A stretch of DNA of 36,895 nt, filler included, from Nitrospiraceae bacterium (lineage in GTDB: Bacteria > Nitrospirota > Nitrospiria > Nitrospirales > Nitrospiraceae), in assembly GCA_037442105.1 (NCBI GenBank). It is 5 parts of 5 records of this genome, joined end to end, with 100 filler letters (N's around TTAATTAATTAA, not from the genome) between each part and the next. Parts side by side here need not be neighbours in the genome. Positions count along the whole stretch, not along the records: positions 1 to 12,323 come from JBBIQV010000054.1; 4 more parts are not named here. One strand, written 5' to 3'. Below the pieces are notes generated by a model. The model was not told the DNA's origin. It was given only the letters and a program-made list of their open reading frames with translations, and searched no databases. The translations under genes were made by a program, and so were the position numbers. Shown here piece after piece: positions 1 through 8,236 of the stretch (within the stretch, counting starts at the first letter, position 1; the number at the start of each line of letters is the position of its first letter).

Positions 1-191
1 GAAGTTCGGGGACCGTCCCGCTGAGACGATGCGGTCGTGCAGCACGACGGCGAGCACTGTTCGAAGGTCCGTTCACCTCTGGTTCGAACGGACCAAGTTG
101 CGCAGCCGAGCAGCGGCAAAGCGTGGCACGGTCGAACGGAGGCGCCAGGAGCATGCAGCCTTCCATCCACGTATCAACAAAGCGCACCACC

Positions 192-1121
192 TCAAAAATT
201 CAAACTCCCCTCCACCACCATCACACACTGCCCGCCGACTTTCACGGTCTGGATCGCATCGTCGTCCGACTCCACCTGGACCAGAATGCGGGAGGGGCGT
301 TCAATCTCGTAACCCTGCTCGATGATCACCTCGGTCATCGGGCCGACTTCCACGACGCCGTTCTGCACGAGATACGCTCCCAAGGCCCCGCCGGCGCTTC
401 CGGTGGCCGGGTCTTCAGGAATGCCGATTGAGGGAGCGAACATCCGCGCATGGACATGGGCATAGGGCTCCACCGTGACGGTCGTAAACACCATCAACCC
501 GTTCGCCCCGAATCTGCGGCACAACTCGACGATGGCGGCGGGATCAGGCGTAATCGACCGCACCGCCGTCAACGTCCGCACGGGTACGATCAGTACGGGC
601 AACCCGGTCGACACCACCTCGATCGGCCACTTGGATTCGCTAATGACCAGCTTGGATATGCCGAGCGCGCTCGCGATCTTATACAGATCCTCCGTCTCCT
701 CCACCCGTTCAAGGAACTGCGGGGCCGGCTGCGTCATCACCACGCGCAGGATCTGGCCCTTCAGTGAATGAAGTTCGACCGGGAACAGACCGATGTTGCA
801 CTCCTGCACCACACGCGTCACCGGCTCCGGCAGGGCGATCAAACCCAGCTGCGCCAATACGTACATCGTCCCCACAACCGGATGGCCGGCGAAGGGGATT
901 TCCTGGGTCGGAGTGAAAATTCTCAGCCGGACGACCGCCGCAGGATCGGTCGGCGGAAACACGAACACCGTCTCCGACAAGTTCATCTCGCGGGCGATCT
1001 GCTGCAACTGATCGTCGTTGAGGCCTTGGGCTTCGGGGAAGATCGCGACCGGATTGCCTCCGAAGGGTTCGGAGGTAAAGACATCGGCTTGGTAGAACTT
1101 GAGCGATCTTCGCTCAGTCAT
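192..1121 (-). CDS. PhzF-family (DAP-epimerase fold) isomerase
   Basis: 309 aa; DVFTSEPFGGNP, MNLSETVF, RIFTPTQEIPFAGHP and EDPATGSA are PhzF-family motifs; RBS GGAGG upstream. Confidence 0.9.
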   Translation of the reverse strand: MTERRSLKFYQADVFTSEPFGGNPVAIFPEAQGLNDDQLQQIAREMNLSETVFVFPPTDPAAVVRLRIFTPTQEIPFAGHPVVGTMYVLAQLGLIALPEPVTRVVQECNIGLFPVELHSLKGQILRVVMTQPAPQFLERVEETEDLYKIASALGISKLVISESKWPIEVVSTGLPVLIVPVRTLTAVRSITPDPAAIVELCRRFGANGLMVFTTVTVEPYAHVHARMFAPSIGIPEDPATGSAGGALGAYLVQNGVVEVGPMTEVIIEQGYEIERPSRILVQVESDDDAIQTVKVGGQCVMVVEGSLNF

Positions 1122-1139
1122 GGGCCTCCAAAACCGTCA

Positions 1140-1270
1140 CGCGTCGTTCGTGAAGCGTAGTTCGGAAAATACGAACGACGACTCGCGCCGCTCTTCGCCA
1201 GCGCTTCACGATCGACGAGACACTACTAACGATCTTTTTCGCGCTTTACGCTTCACGCTTCACGCGACAA
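1140..1270. repeat. Intergenic heptamer array (CGCTTCA family) with inverted partner
   Basis: cgcttta-cgcttca-cgcttca units opposite cgtgaagcg. Confidence 0.6.
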
Positions 1271-1289
1271 GAGCGATTGTGAATCCTTG

Positions 1290-2528
1290 CTAAGCGGGCT
1301 TAGGCAAGGATTCGTACGACTGCGTCATCGGGTTGCGCACGTAGTTCTCGACATAATTCTTGAGCGAACCGTTCTTGTAGAGCTGCTCATTGGCGAACCG
1401 CGTGTCGATCTTGTGCAACACCTTCACCTTGACGCCGGTCTTCTTCATGAACTGCTCCAGCGTCACGCCCGTGATGTCGGTGTAGGGGCCGCGGCCGGAC
1501 TGCATGATGCACTTGGGAATGTGAATCACTTTTTGGTTCGTCAGCCGCCTGGCGATGTCGTCGAACGTCAGCAGGACCGTGCAATCCGAATCGCCGCTCA
1601 ACATCGCGTTCGGCACGTACAGGAATTTGGCCCGGTTTTTCCGATAGGTCGTCAAGATCTTGTAGACGCTCCATGCCGTGACGAGCGTATCCTTCTTTTC
1701 CAGTTCGAGCGAATCGAACAGGCTCACGATCCGTCTCCTGCTCAGGAAGGCCGTAATGTACGCTTCTGTGTGGATCGTCTGCAAATTCGGCAGCCCAAGA
1801 TCGTAGGTCCGTACCGCCTCGTCGGCCAAATGCTTCCGCCCCTGCCGCATCAGATCGGCTGTCTCTTCCTTCAGACCGCGGACCGGCGTCAGCGTGCCCA
1901 TCCACAGCACGCATTGTTTGTTGATCGCCGAAATCGCGGCCGCATCCTTCGACATCGTGTGCGCGTCGAACGAGTAGAAGTTCGCCGACGACACGGCCGG
2001 TCCGTCCAGCACCTTCATGAGATGCGAAATCGACGGCGCATGGGGCATGAGCCGCTTGCGGTAGTCGCTCAGGGTGATGACCGACAGCTCGAAGTTGATA
2101 CGACCCGGGTACTTTGCGGCAAGCTGATGGATCTTCGGGACGTGCACGAAGCCGACCGTGAAGAACTGAATGCTCTTGTCCGTGTACTTCAGAAAATCTT
2201 CCACCCACTCCATCGCCTTCGGATGCAGGAACAGGTCGGTCCATTCCATGTACTCGTTCCCGCCCAGGCACCAGAACTGCTTCGGGTCGGTCGGCTTCTT
2301 GCTGATGTAGTCGAGAATGTACTTCCAGTCTTCGTCGGTCGTTTTCGGGGGATCGAGCGTTTCGCGGTACGAATGATCCAGCTCGTAGCAGAACTCGCAC
2401 TTCACCGGGCAATCGCGGCCGAGGCTGAGCGGAATCTTGCCCGCGTCCATCTCGCGGCGCAGCACGTCGCGGTAGTCTTTCTTGGTAAAGATGGGAGTCG
2501 GCTGGAGGATGGGAATCGGCGTCGGCAT
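1290..2528 (-). CDS. Radical SAM protein with DUF512/Mmp10-like C-terminal domain
   Basis: 412 aa; N-terminal CPVKCEFC and GGNE motif; C-terminal TLVTAW...VPNAMLSGDSDCTVLLTFDDI...IHIPK resembles DUF512. Confidence 0.75.
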   Translation of the reverse strand: MPTPIPILQPTPIFTKKDYRDVLRREMDAGKIPLSLGRDCPVKCEFCYELDHSYRETLDPPKTTDEDWKYILDYISKKPTDPKQFWCLGGNEYMEWTDLFLHPKAMEWVEDFLKYTDKSIQFFTVGFVHVPKIHQLAAKYPGRINFELSVITLSDYRKRLMPHAPSISHLMKVLDGPAVSSANFYSFDAHTMSKDAAAISAINKQCVLWMGTLTPVRGLKEETADLMRQGRKHLADEAVRTYDLGLPNLQTIHTEAYITAFLSRRRIVSLFDSLELEKKDTLVTAWSVYKILTTYRKNRAKFLYVPNAMLSGDSDCTVLLTFDDIARRLTNQKVIHIPKCIMQSGRGPYTDITGVTLEQFMKKTGVKVKVLHKIDTRFANEQLYKNGSLKNYVENYVRNPMTQSYESLPKPA

Positions 2529-2566
2529 CGTTTGACAGGCAGCTACAGCTTTGTCACAGTGGAGCC

Positions 2567-2842
2567 ATGAGCGAGGAAGCCATTCCGAAAGAAATCCTCC
2601 ATGCGCTGGAGCTCCTGGAACTCACGCTCCCCACAACCAAGGAAGATCTTGAGCGGGCCAAACGAGTCCAACTCTACAATTGGGAACCGGCCCGCTACGC
2701 CAACCTCACCAACAACCCGAAGGCCTACACGCAGTCATTCAAGAAGGCCGAGGAGATGACCAAACGCATCAATGCGGCTTACGCGCTCCTCTCGGCGGTC
2801 CTTGTGCCCGACGACGAACCGAATGATTCTCGTTCCTCGTGA
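2567..2842 (+). CDS. Small J-domain-like protein (HPD motif replaced by EPA)
   Basis: 91 aa; ALELLEL..TKEDLERA..WEPARY..KAEEMTKRINAAYALL follows the J-domain helix pattern; RBS GGAG. Confidence 0.7.
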   Translation: MSEEAIPKEILHALELLELTLPTTKEDLERAKRVQLYNWEPARYANLTNNPKAYTQSFKKAEEMTKRINAAYALLSAVLVPDDEPNDSRSS

Positions 2843-2908
2843 AGCGTATCTCGTCTCTCGCAGAAACGTCCCGTTCGCGCTTCACGCTTCACGAACGACG
2901 CTTCACGA
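2829..2908. repeat. Inverted heptamer array (CGCTTCA family) between convergent genes
   Basis: tcgtgaagcgt ... cgcttca cgcttca cgaacga cgcttca. Confidence 0.6.
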
Positions 2909-4843
2909 AATCTCGTGGCTCGTCACCCGCGCCATCCCTTCATCCCCCTCCGAGTGCGCCACCGGCCAGGTGACCAACCCTGAGACCCCTTCCCCCGCCG
3001 CCGCCTGCTTCGCATAAATCTGCGGCAGCTTGTTCGTGCCGAACTTCGAAATGTATAGAAACACGTGCTCGCGCGCGTTCACGCGCACGGCCCAGGGGTG
3101 GAAGTCGTTTTTATAAAACTCCTCGCAGAGCTGCATCGCGTCGAGACAAGAAATTCCCACCGGCTCGTTCAGGGTGTAGTAGTAGTCCAGCGGGAGGTCG
3201 TATTCTTCCTGCTTGTGGATCGTAATACCGAACTTTTCCGGATTGCGGACCATCGGCGTGTGCCGGTAGGCCACGAAATAGAACAGCTCGACCGAGTGGA
3301 TGACCGGCTGGTTGTCGATGACGAATTGGCGCGTCTCCAGCGCTTCGTCGCGCGTCTCGCCGGGGAAGCCGTAAAAGGCCATCACGTGGTTCCAGATCCC
3401 CGCCTTCGCCGCCTGGTGCAGATTGTTCTGGATCACGCTCTTCTTCGCGTGCTTGTCCATCAGATTGAGCACCCGCTCGTTCGCCGACTCCATCCCGTAA
3501 TAGAGCGTGCAACAGCCGGCCTTCGCGGCCAGGTCCCAGACCGCCTGATCCTGCAATGTCTCTTCAAATCGGATCAGCGTCGTCCACTTGATGCCGACCT
3601 GTTGATCCACCAGCAACTGTGAGACCTTCTTGAACAGGGCCGGCGGGTAGCTCTCGTCGCTGAATAGAAAGTGCCGGCACTGGTACTTGTCCTTGAGCGC
3701 CTTTACCTGCTCAACCACATGCTGCGCCGTCATCCCGCGATATTGATCGAAGTAGCCCTGCCCGTGATCGCAGAAGGTGCAGCGGCCCCAATAACAGCCG
3801 CGCGTCGCCAAGTACGGAATGATCCGCTCCGGCACGAAGTAGGTATCGAGCGGGAACCCGTCGAAATCCGGGAGCGGCAGCGCGGTGGTCTTCTCGGTGT
3901 AGACCTCTTTGTTCTGATGCACATGGCCGCTCGCGTCGCGATAGAGCAGATTGGGCACGGTCGAGATGTCGCGCTGGCCGTTCAGCGCCTCGATATACCA
4001 GAGCAGCGCATGCTCACCTTCATAGAGAATCGCCGCGTCGAACACCTCGGTGAAGAACCGCTCCTGCCTCGGCAGCTCTTCCTGAAGCCGGGTAATCACG
4101 TTGCCGCCGACCACCACGTGGATGTTCGGGAAGGTCTCCTTGATCATCTTGCAAAACGTGAACCCGGCCAAGAGCTGCATCTGCGTGCCGATGGAGATGC
4201 CGACCACATCCGGTTTCTCCTTGGCCACAGCCGGCAGCACCAGCTGGCTGCAGATGTCGCGGTAGACGTTCACCTGTTCGTCGTCGAGACAGGCGAAGAC
4301 TTCCTTGGAAACGCCGGGGCGATAGCCCAGATTGCTTTCCATCGGGTAGAAGACGAGCGAGGCCGGATAGTAGGCGGCGGAGATGAATTGCATTGCTTCG
4401 CGGAAGCAATTGAGCGCAACTTCGAGTTGCTCTGCCTCGTAGAACCGTTCGCCCCTGACGACGCGCTTGGCATCCTCGGCGCGCGCCGCGAGATCGAAGA
4501 CGTCGATGGTCATCGCCTGTTCCAACAGAGCCAATTGACCGGACTCTCGCTCCGTCAGCTCGACCCGCTTCTCTTTCATCTGCAGCGCCCGGAGCTGCAT
4601 CGTTTGTCTCGCCCTGATCCAGACCAGGAACTCGGTCGTGAAGAAGTGGTCGTACATCTCGATGTTCACGTCGCGCTGGATGACGGTATGGCCTGCCGCC
4701 CGCAGCACGGCGGTCAACGAGGGCAGCGCGAGATACGGCGCCGTCGGCACCCACTCGGGCGGAAACAGCAGCATCACCTTCGACTGCTTCCGTTCCCCCT
4801 TCTTTATGGGTATCAACCCATCGATTTGAACGAGTTCTGTCAT
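2903..4843 (-). CDS. B12-binding radical SAM protein (class B methyltransferase-like)
   Basis: 646 aa; LLFPP..PYLALPSL, PDVVGISI, VVVGG, YEGE B12-binding motifs; TRGCYWGRCTFC; GMES, GFPGET. Confidence 0.92.
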   Translation of the reverse strand: MTELVQIDGLIPIKKGERKQSKVMLLFPPEWVPTAPYLALPSLTAVLRAAGHTVIQRDVNIEMYDHFFTTEFLVWIRARQTMQLRALQMKEKRVELTERESGQLALLEQAMTIDVFDLAARAEDAKRVVRGERFYEAEQLEVALNCFREAMQFISAAYYPASLVFYPMESNLGYRPGVSKEVFACLDDEQVNVYRDICSQLVLPAVAKEKPDVVGISIGTQMQLLAGFTFCKMIKETFPNIHVVVGGNVITRLQEELPRQERFFTEVFDAAILYEGEHALLWYIEALNGQRDISTVPNLLYRDASGHVHQNKEVYTEKTTALPLPDFDGFPLDTYFVPERIIPYLATRGCYWGRCTFCDHGQGYFDQYRGMTAQHVVEQVKALKDKYQCRHFLFSDESYPPALFKKVSQLLVDQQVGIKWTTLIRFEETLQDQAVWDLAAKAGCCTLYYGMESANERVLNLMDKHAKKSVIQNNLHQAAKAGIWNHVMAFYGFPGETRDEALETRQFVIDNQPVIHSVELFYFVAYRHTPMVRNPEKFGITIHKQEEYDLPLDYYYTLNEPVGISCLDAMQLCEEFYKNDFHPWAVRVNAREHVFLYISKFGTNKLPQIYAKQAAAGEGVSGLVTWPVAHSEGDEGMARVTSHEIS

Positions 4844-4857
4844 AACCTAGAGATACA

Positions 4858-5116
4858 AGTTGTTAGTTATTAGTTGTGAGTTTTTAGTTATCGGCCTGCC
4901 CAACTCACGACTAAAAATTAAACGCTCAAAACTGCGGCTTCGCGCTGGGTGAGGCCGTCTATTTGGACGAGTTCACTCATTGCCGCATAAGTGTTGAGTT
5001 CTTAGTTGTGAGTTGTTTGTTGTCATCCGGTACAACTAAAAACTAAACACTAAAAACTCACCACTTCCTTTCGGAGTTTTCCCCAACTAAAAACTTACAA
5101 CTAAACACTCAAAACT
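4858..5116. repeat. Two inverted heptamer arrays (AGTTGTT / AACTAAA family)
   Basis: agttgtt agttatt agttgtg agttttt ... aactcac gactaaa aattaaa cgctcaa; second set 4990-5116; strongly AT-rich against a GC-rich background. Confidence 0.85.
4918..4980 (-). pseudogene. Orphan diverged copy of the 5' end of the 2903-4843 radical SAM gene
   Basis: Translates MSELVQIDGLTQREAAVLSV* versus MTELVQIDGLIPIKK; 9 of the first 10 aa identical with many different codons. Confidence 0.8.
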
Positions 5117-5123
5117 ATTCGAA

Positions 5124-7022
5124 TTACATTTTCCCCGCCAGCGTCGGTATCACGCCGGCAGTCTTCATCGCCTGATACTGCAAGTCAGGTAGCTTCGCGA
5201 GCCCGAACTTACAGATGTAGAGGAAGATGTATTCCCTGATGTACAGCCGCAAATCCCAGCCCGGATTATGGTTCCGCTCGAATTCCTGAAACACCCGCTC
5301 GGCTTCCTCGATGCTCATGCCGTTCTTCACGGTGTAGTAGTAGTCGAGCGCCAGGTCCCACTCGGGGTTCTTGTAGGCCGTCACGCCCCACTTCTCCGGA
5401 TGCTTCGCCACCGGGTTGTGCCGGCCCAAGTCGAACGTGCCGAACCCCAACGAATGGACATGGTTCTTGTTCTGCTCGAGGAACTGCACCGACTGCCAAG
5501 CCTCCTCCTTCGTCTCGCCTGGAAAACCGAAGAAGCCCATGCAATGGTTCCAGATACCGGCCTCCGCCGTGTACTTCAGGTGCTTCGTCATGATCTCGGT
5601 CGTCGTCGCCTTGTCCATCAACTGGAGCACCCGCTCGACGCCCGACTCGTAGCCGAAGTGCAGATAGCGGCAGCCCGACTCTTTCGCATCCTGCCAGACG
5701 GCATCTTCCAACAGACTCTTCTCAAACCGCATGTGCGTGGTCCAGTAGATGCCCATCCGGCTTTCGACCAGACCGCGCGCGAGTTTTCGGAACAGGGCCG
5801 GAGGATACGACTCATCGGTAAAATGAAAATGGCGGCAGCCGTACTTGTCGCGCAGGTGCTGGATCTCCCCCAGCACGTCCTGAATCTTCTTTGACCGATA
5901 GCCGGCGGTATAGCCCTCGCCATGGTCGCAGAACTCGCAGCGGCCCCAGTAGCAGCCCCGCGTCGCCAAGTATGGGAGTGTCCTGGTCGGCACGAAATAT
6001 TTCTCCAGCGGCAGGCCGTCGAAGTCCGGCGGCGGAAGCGCATGCATGTCTTCCGCGTAGCTGGTCGTCGATTCATGCACGCCGGTCTCGTCCTTATAAA
6101 TGGTGTTGGGCACGTCGGCCAGTCTCCGCTTCGCCCCGACCGCCTCGACCAGTTGTACAAACGCCGTCTCCCCTTCATAGACCACGGCGCTGTCGAAATA
6201 CTCGAACAGCGGCGACTGGGGCAGCGCATCACGCAGGCGCGTGACCGTATTGCCGCCGATGGTCACGTGGATGTGCGGGAACTGCTGCTTGATGAGCGCA
6301 CAGAAGGTCATGGTGGAGAAGAGCTGCTGCTGGAGGACGATCGAGATCCCGATCACGTCCGGCTTCTCCGCTTCGATCACCGGCTTGACCAACTGATTGA
6401 ACACATCCCGGTAGATGTTGACCTGTTCGTCGTTCACGGCGTCCATGATCTCGGAAGAGACATAGACCTTGTACGACAGGTCCGTCTCCATCGGCGGCAT
6501 GCAGATCCGCGCCGGGAAATAGACCATCGAGATGACGGAGGTGACTTCGCGGAAGACTTGAATGGCCCACTCTAACTGGTCGATATCGTAAAATGTTTCA
6601 CCACGGACAATGGCCTTAGCCTTCTCCGCATTCTTGATCAGCTCGTCGATCTTTTGGCGGGTGATGTCGCAGAGCGCGAGCTGCAAATCCATCTCGGCTT
6701 CGCTTAGCTCTCGCTTGTTGGAGAGCTTGCGCAGCCGGTCCAGCTGCTGGGGCACCTTGCGCAGGATTTTCTTCAAGAAGTCCTCGCTGAAGTACCAGTC
6801 CCACATCTCCAGATTGACATCTTTTTGGACGACCTGGTGGCCGGCCTGGCGGAGGACGGAGGTGAGGGAGGGAAGGGAGAGGTAGGGCTCGCTGGGAAAC
6901 CAGTCGGGGGGGAAGAGAAGCAGGACCTTCATCTTCCGGCCACTCGTGGCTTCGAAACTCTTCCTTTTAAGGAGGATCAGCTCCTTGGAAGCCTTTTCGC
7001 CTTTGGAATACTCTATTTTCAT
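5124..7022 (-). CDS. B12-binding radical SAM protein, paralog of 2903-4843
   Basis: 632 aa; LLFPP..PYLSLPSL, PDVIGISI, YEGE; TRGCYWGRCEFC; GFPGET; colinear with the neighbouring paralog. Confidence 0.92.
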   Translation of the reverse strand: MKIEYSKGEKASKELILLKRKSFEATSGRKMKVLLLFPPDWFPSEPYLSLPSLTSVLRQAGHQVVQKDVNLEMWDWYFSEDFLKKILRKVPQQLDRLRKLSNKRELSEAEMDLQLALCDITRQKIDELIKNAEKAKAIVRGETFYDIDQLEWAIQVFREVTSVISMVYFPARICMPPMETDLSYKVYVSSEIMDAVNDEQVNIYRDVFNQLVKPVIEAEKPDVIGISIVLQQQLFSTMTFCALIKQQFPHIHVTIGGNTVTRLRDALPQSPLFEYFDSAVVYEGETAFVQLVEAVGAKRRLADVPNTIYKDETGVHESTTSYAEDMHALPPPDFDGLPLEKYFVPTRTLPYLATRGCYWGRCEFCDHGEGYTAGYRSKKIQDVLGEIQHLRDKYGCRHFHFTDESYPPALFRKLARGLVESRMGIYWTTHMRFEKSLLEDAVWQDAKESGCRYLHFGYESGVERVLQLMDKATTTEIMTKHLKYTAEAGIWNHCMGFFGFPGETKEEAWQSVQFLEQNKNHVHSLGFGTFDLGRHNPVAKHPEKWGVTAYKNPEWDLALDYYYTVKNGMSIEEAERVFQEFERNHNPGWDLRLYIREYIFLYICKFGLAKLPDLQYQAMKTAGVIPTLAGKM

Positions 7023-7100
7023 AGAGAACTAGTCCCTCTTCTGCCCGGCCGAGAAGCGACAGAAATAGTCAGAATGCCAAAGGGTTACAACGGAAAACGT

Positions 7101-7130
7101 ATTGTACGAGGGGGGAAGTTTGATATGCAA
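7101..7130 (-). promoter_or_regulatory. Putative sigma70 promoter of the radical SAM genes
   Basis: TTGCAT-18 nt-TACAAT on the minus strand about 80 nt upstream of the ATG at 7022; RBS AGAGGGA. Confidence 0.6.
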
Positions 7131-7539
7131 GAGAGGGGGGAAAGAGTTGCCCGCCACCTTCACTTGAGCCTGGGCCTGGCTGGCCGCCGGCTGCGTCGTT
7201 GCCGCTTGGCACCGCAACTCATTCCCTTCCAAGCAAAGCTTGAATGGAATTCAAACAGCGCCGCCACCTCCAAAGCGAGGACGCGACAACTCCTGTCCGG
7301 CGGAAACGCAGGCCCAATGGTCGCTCAGGTAGCGGGCACTTCCTTCCAACACCTAAGGAGGATGGACGAAGAAGGCCGGCAACGGCGAGTACAACAGAGC
7401 TCTGAAGCCCACTCAATCGGCGGAACTCTCCTCTCACCAGGAAGGAGAGAGGAAGAACGACAGCAGAAACACAAGGCCCTATGCCCGCTCAAGCAGCCAG
7501 ACATCCATGGGTTGAGCTGAATGCGCCCGCAGGGAAGTG

Positions 7540-7854
7540 TTATGGCAGTTCAGGAGAAGTCCCTCGGCTGGTGTGCCACAAGGCGAGGATTTCCACTATG
7601 TCTGGGTTGGATGCAACGCGGTAGTAGAGGTGGTAATGCGCGCGGGGCAAGTGAAGACGGCGAACCCCACTCAGTTTGACGTTTCGAGCCCGAGAGCGGA
7701 TCAATGGTTGAGAGGAAAGGAGTTGGAAGGCACGCTCAAGTTCGAGGGCAAGAGCATCTGGAGCTTTGGGTCGGTTGGCCGTCTACCACTCGATAGCCTC
7801 GATGATAGCCTGGCTTGTGCTCCCGACAATGCGGACAGGGAGCGGTCCGCTCAC
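7540..7854 (-). pseudogene. RelE/ParE-family toxin with in-frame TAG at codon 24
   Basis: MSGPLPVRIV..EAIEW*TANRPKAP..GVRRLHL..YHLYYRV..VEILALWHTSRG; GTGA overlap with the upstream gene; stop at 7783-7785. Confidence 0.8.
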
Positions 7855-8069
7855 GACCTGCGGATCTTCTTCAGAAGGTCCGCTGCGCTTATCGTCTCTC
7901 CCCGCTCAGCTTCGGCGATCGCGGCAAGCAACTTGGCTTCTTCCGCAGGGGCAAGCTCGAAGGTTTCGTCGCCTTCAGGGGCCAGCACGGTCACGACTGC
8001 GCCTTCGGGGAGATTGGACTCATCCAGCTTGATCGTTCCGCCTTGGACTTTTCCCGTGGTAATCAGCAT
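7851..8069 (-). CDS. Putative antitoxin
   Basis: 72 aa, ends EAKLLAAIAEAERGETISAADLLKKIR; translationally coupled to the toxin pseudogene. Confidence 0.75.
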   Translation of the reverse strand: MLITTGKVQGGTIKLDESNLPEGAVVTVLAPEGDETFELAPAEEAKLLAAIAEAERGETISAADLLKKIRRS

Positions 8070-8078
8070 GGAGGCATC

Positions 8079-8195
8079 CTAGCACTTCACAAACAACCCG
8101 TCCATCTTCAGGCCGCTGGAGGCCTCGAACCGCTGGCGGTTGAGGAGGATCAGCTCCTTGGAGGCCCGTTCGCCCTTGGAATATTCGATCTTCAC
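8079..8195 (-). pseudogene. Orphan diverged copy of the 5' end of the 5124-7022 radical SAM gene
   Basis: GTG start; MKIEYSKGERASKELILLNRQRFEASSGLKM versus MKIEYSKGEKASKELILLKRKSFEATSGRKM (25/31 aa), then unrelated sequence and a stop. Confidence 0.9.
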
Positions 8196-8236
8196 GCCGG
8201 CGTGATTGAGCTACCCCCGATTTCATGGACACCGAG

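Noticed and set aside
192..1121. Phenazine biosynthesis cluster
   Set aside because: Only a PhzF-family gene is present; no phzA/B/D/E/G
4858..5116. CRISPR array
   Set aside because: Units are degenerate 7-mers in inverted runs, not constant repeats with unique spacers; no cas genes
1287..6575. Long antisense ORFs such as 1287-2570 and 3671-4873
   Set aside because: They are shadows of real minus-strand genes in GC-rich DNA, with no recognisable motifs
7029..7232. 67-aa ORF as RiPP precursor for the radical SAMs
   Set aside because: It runs across the predicted promoter and RBS of the 632-aa gene and has no leader/core features
7783..7785. Pyrrolysine or readthrough TAG in the toxin
   Set aside because: A simple TGG-to-TAG nonsense change in a WW motif explains it; no pyl genes seen
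6930..8195. DGR template/variable repeat pair formed by the duplicated radical SAM start
   Set aside because: Only about 12 of 20 differences are at adenines and many are synonymous, unlike adenine-specific mutagenesis
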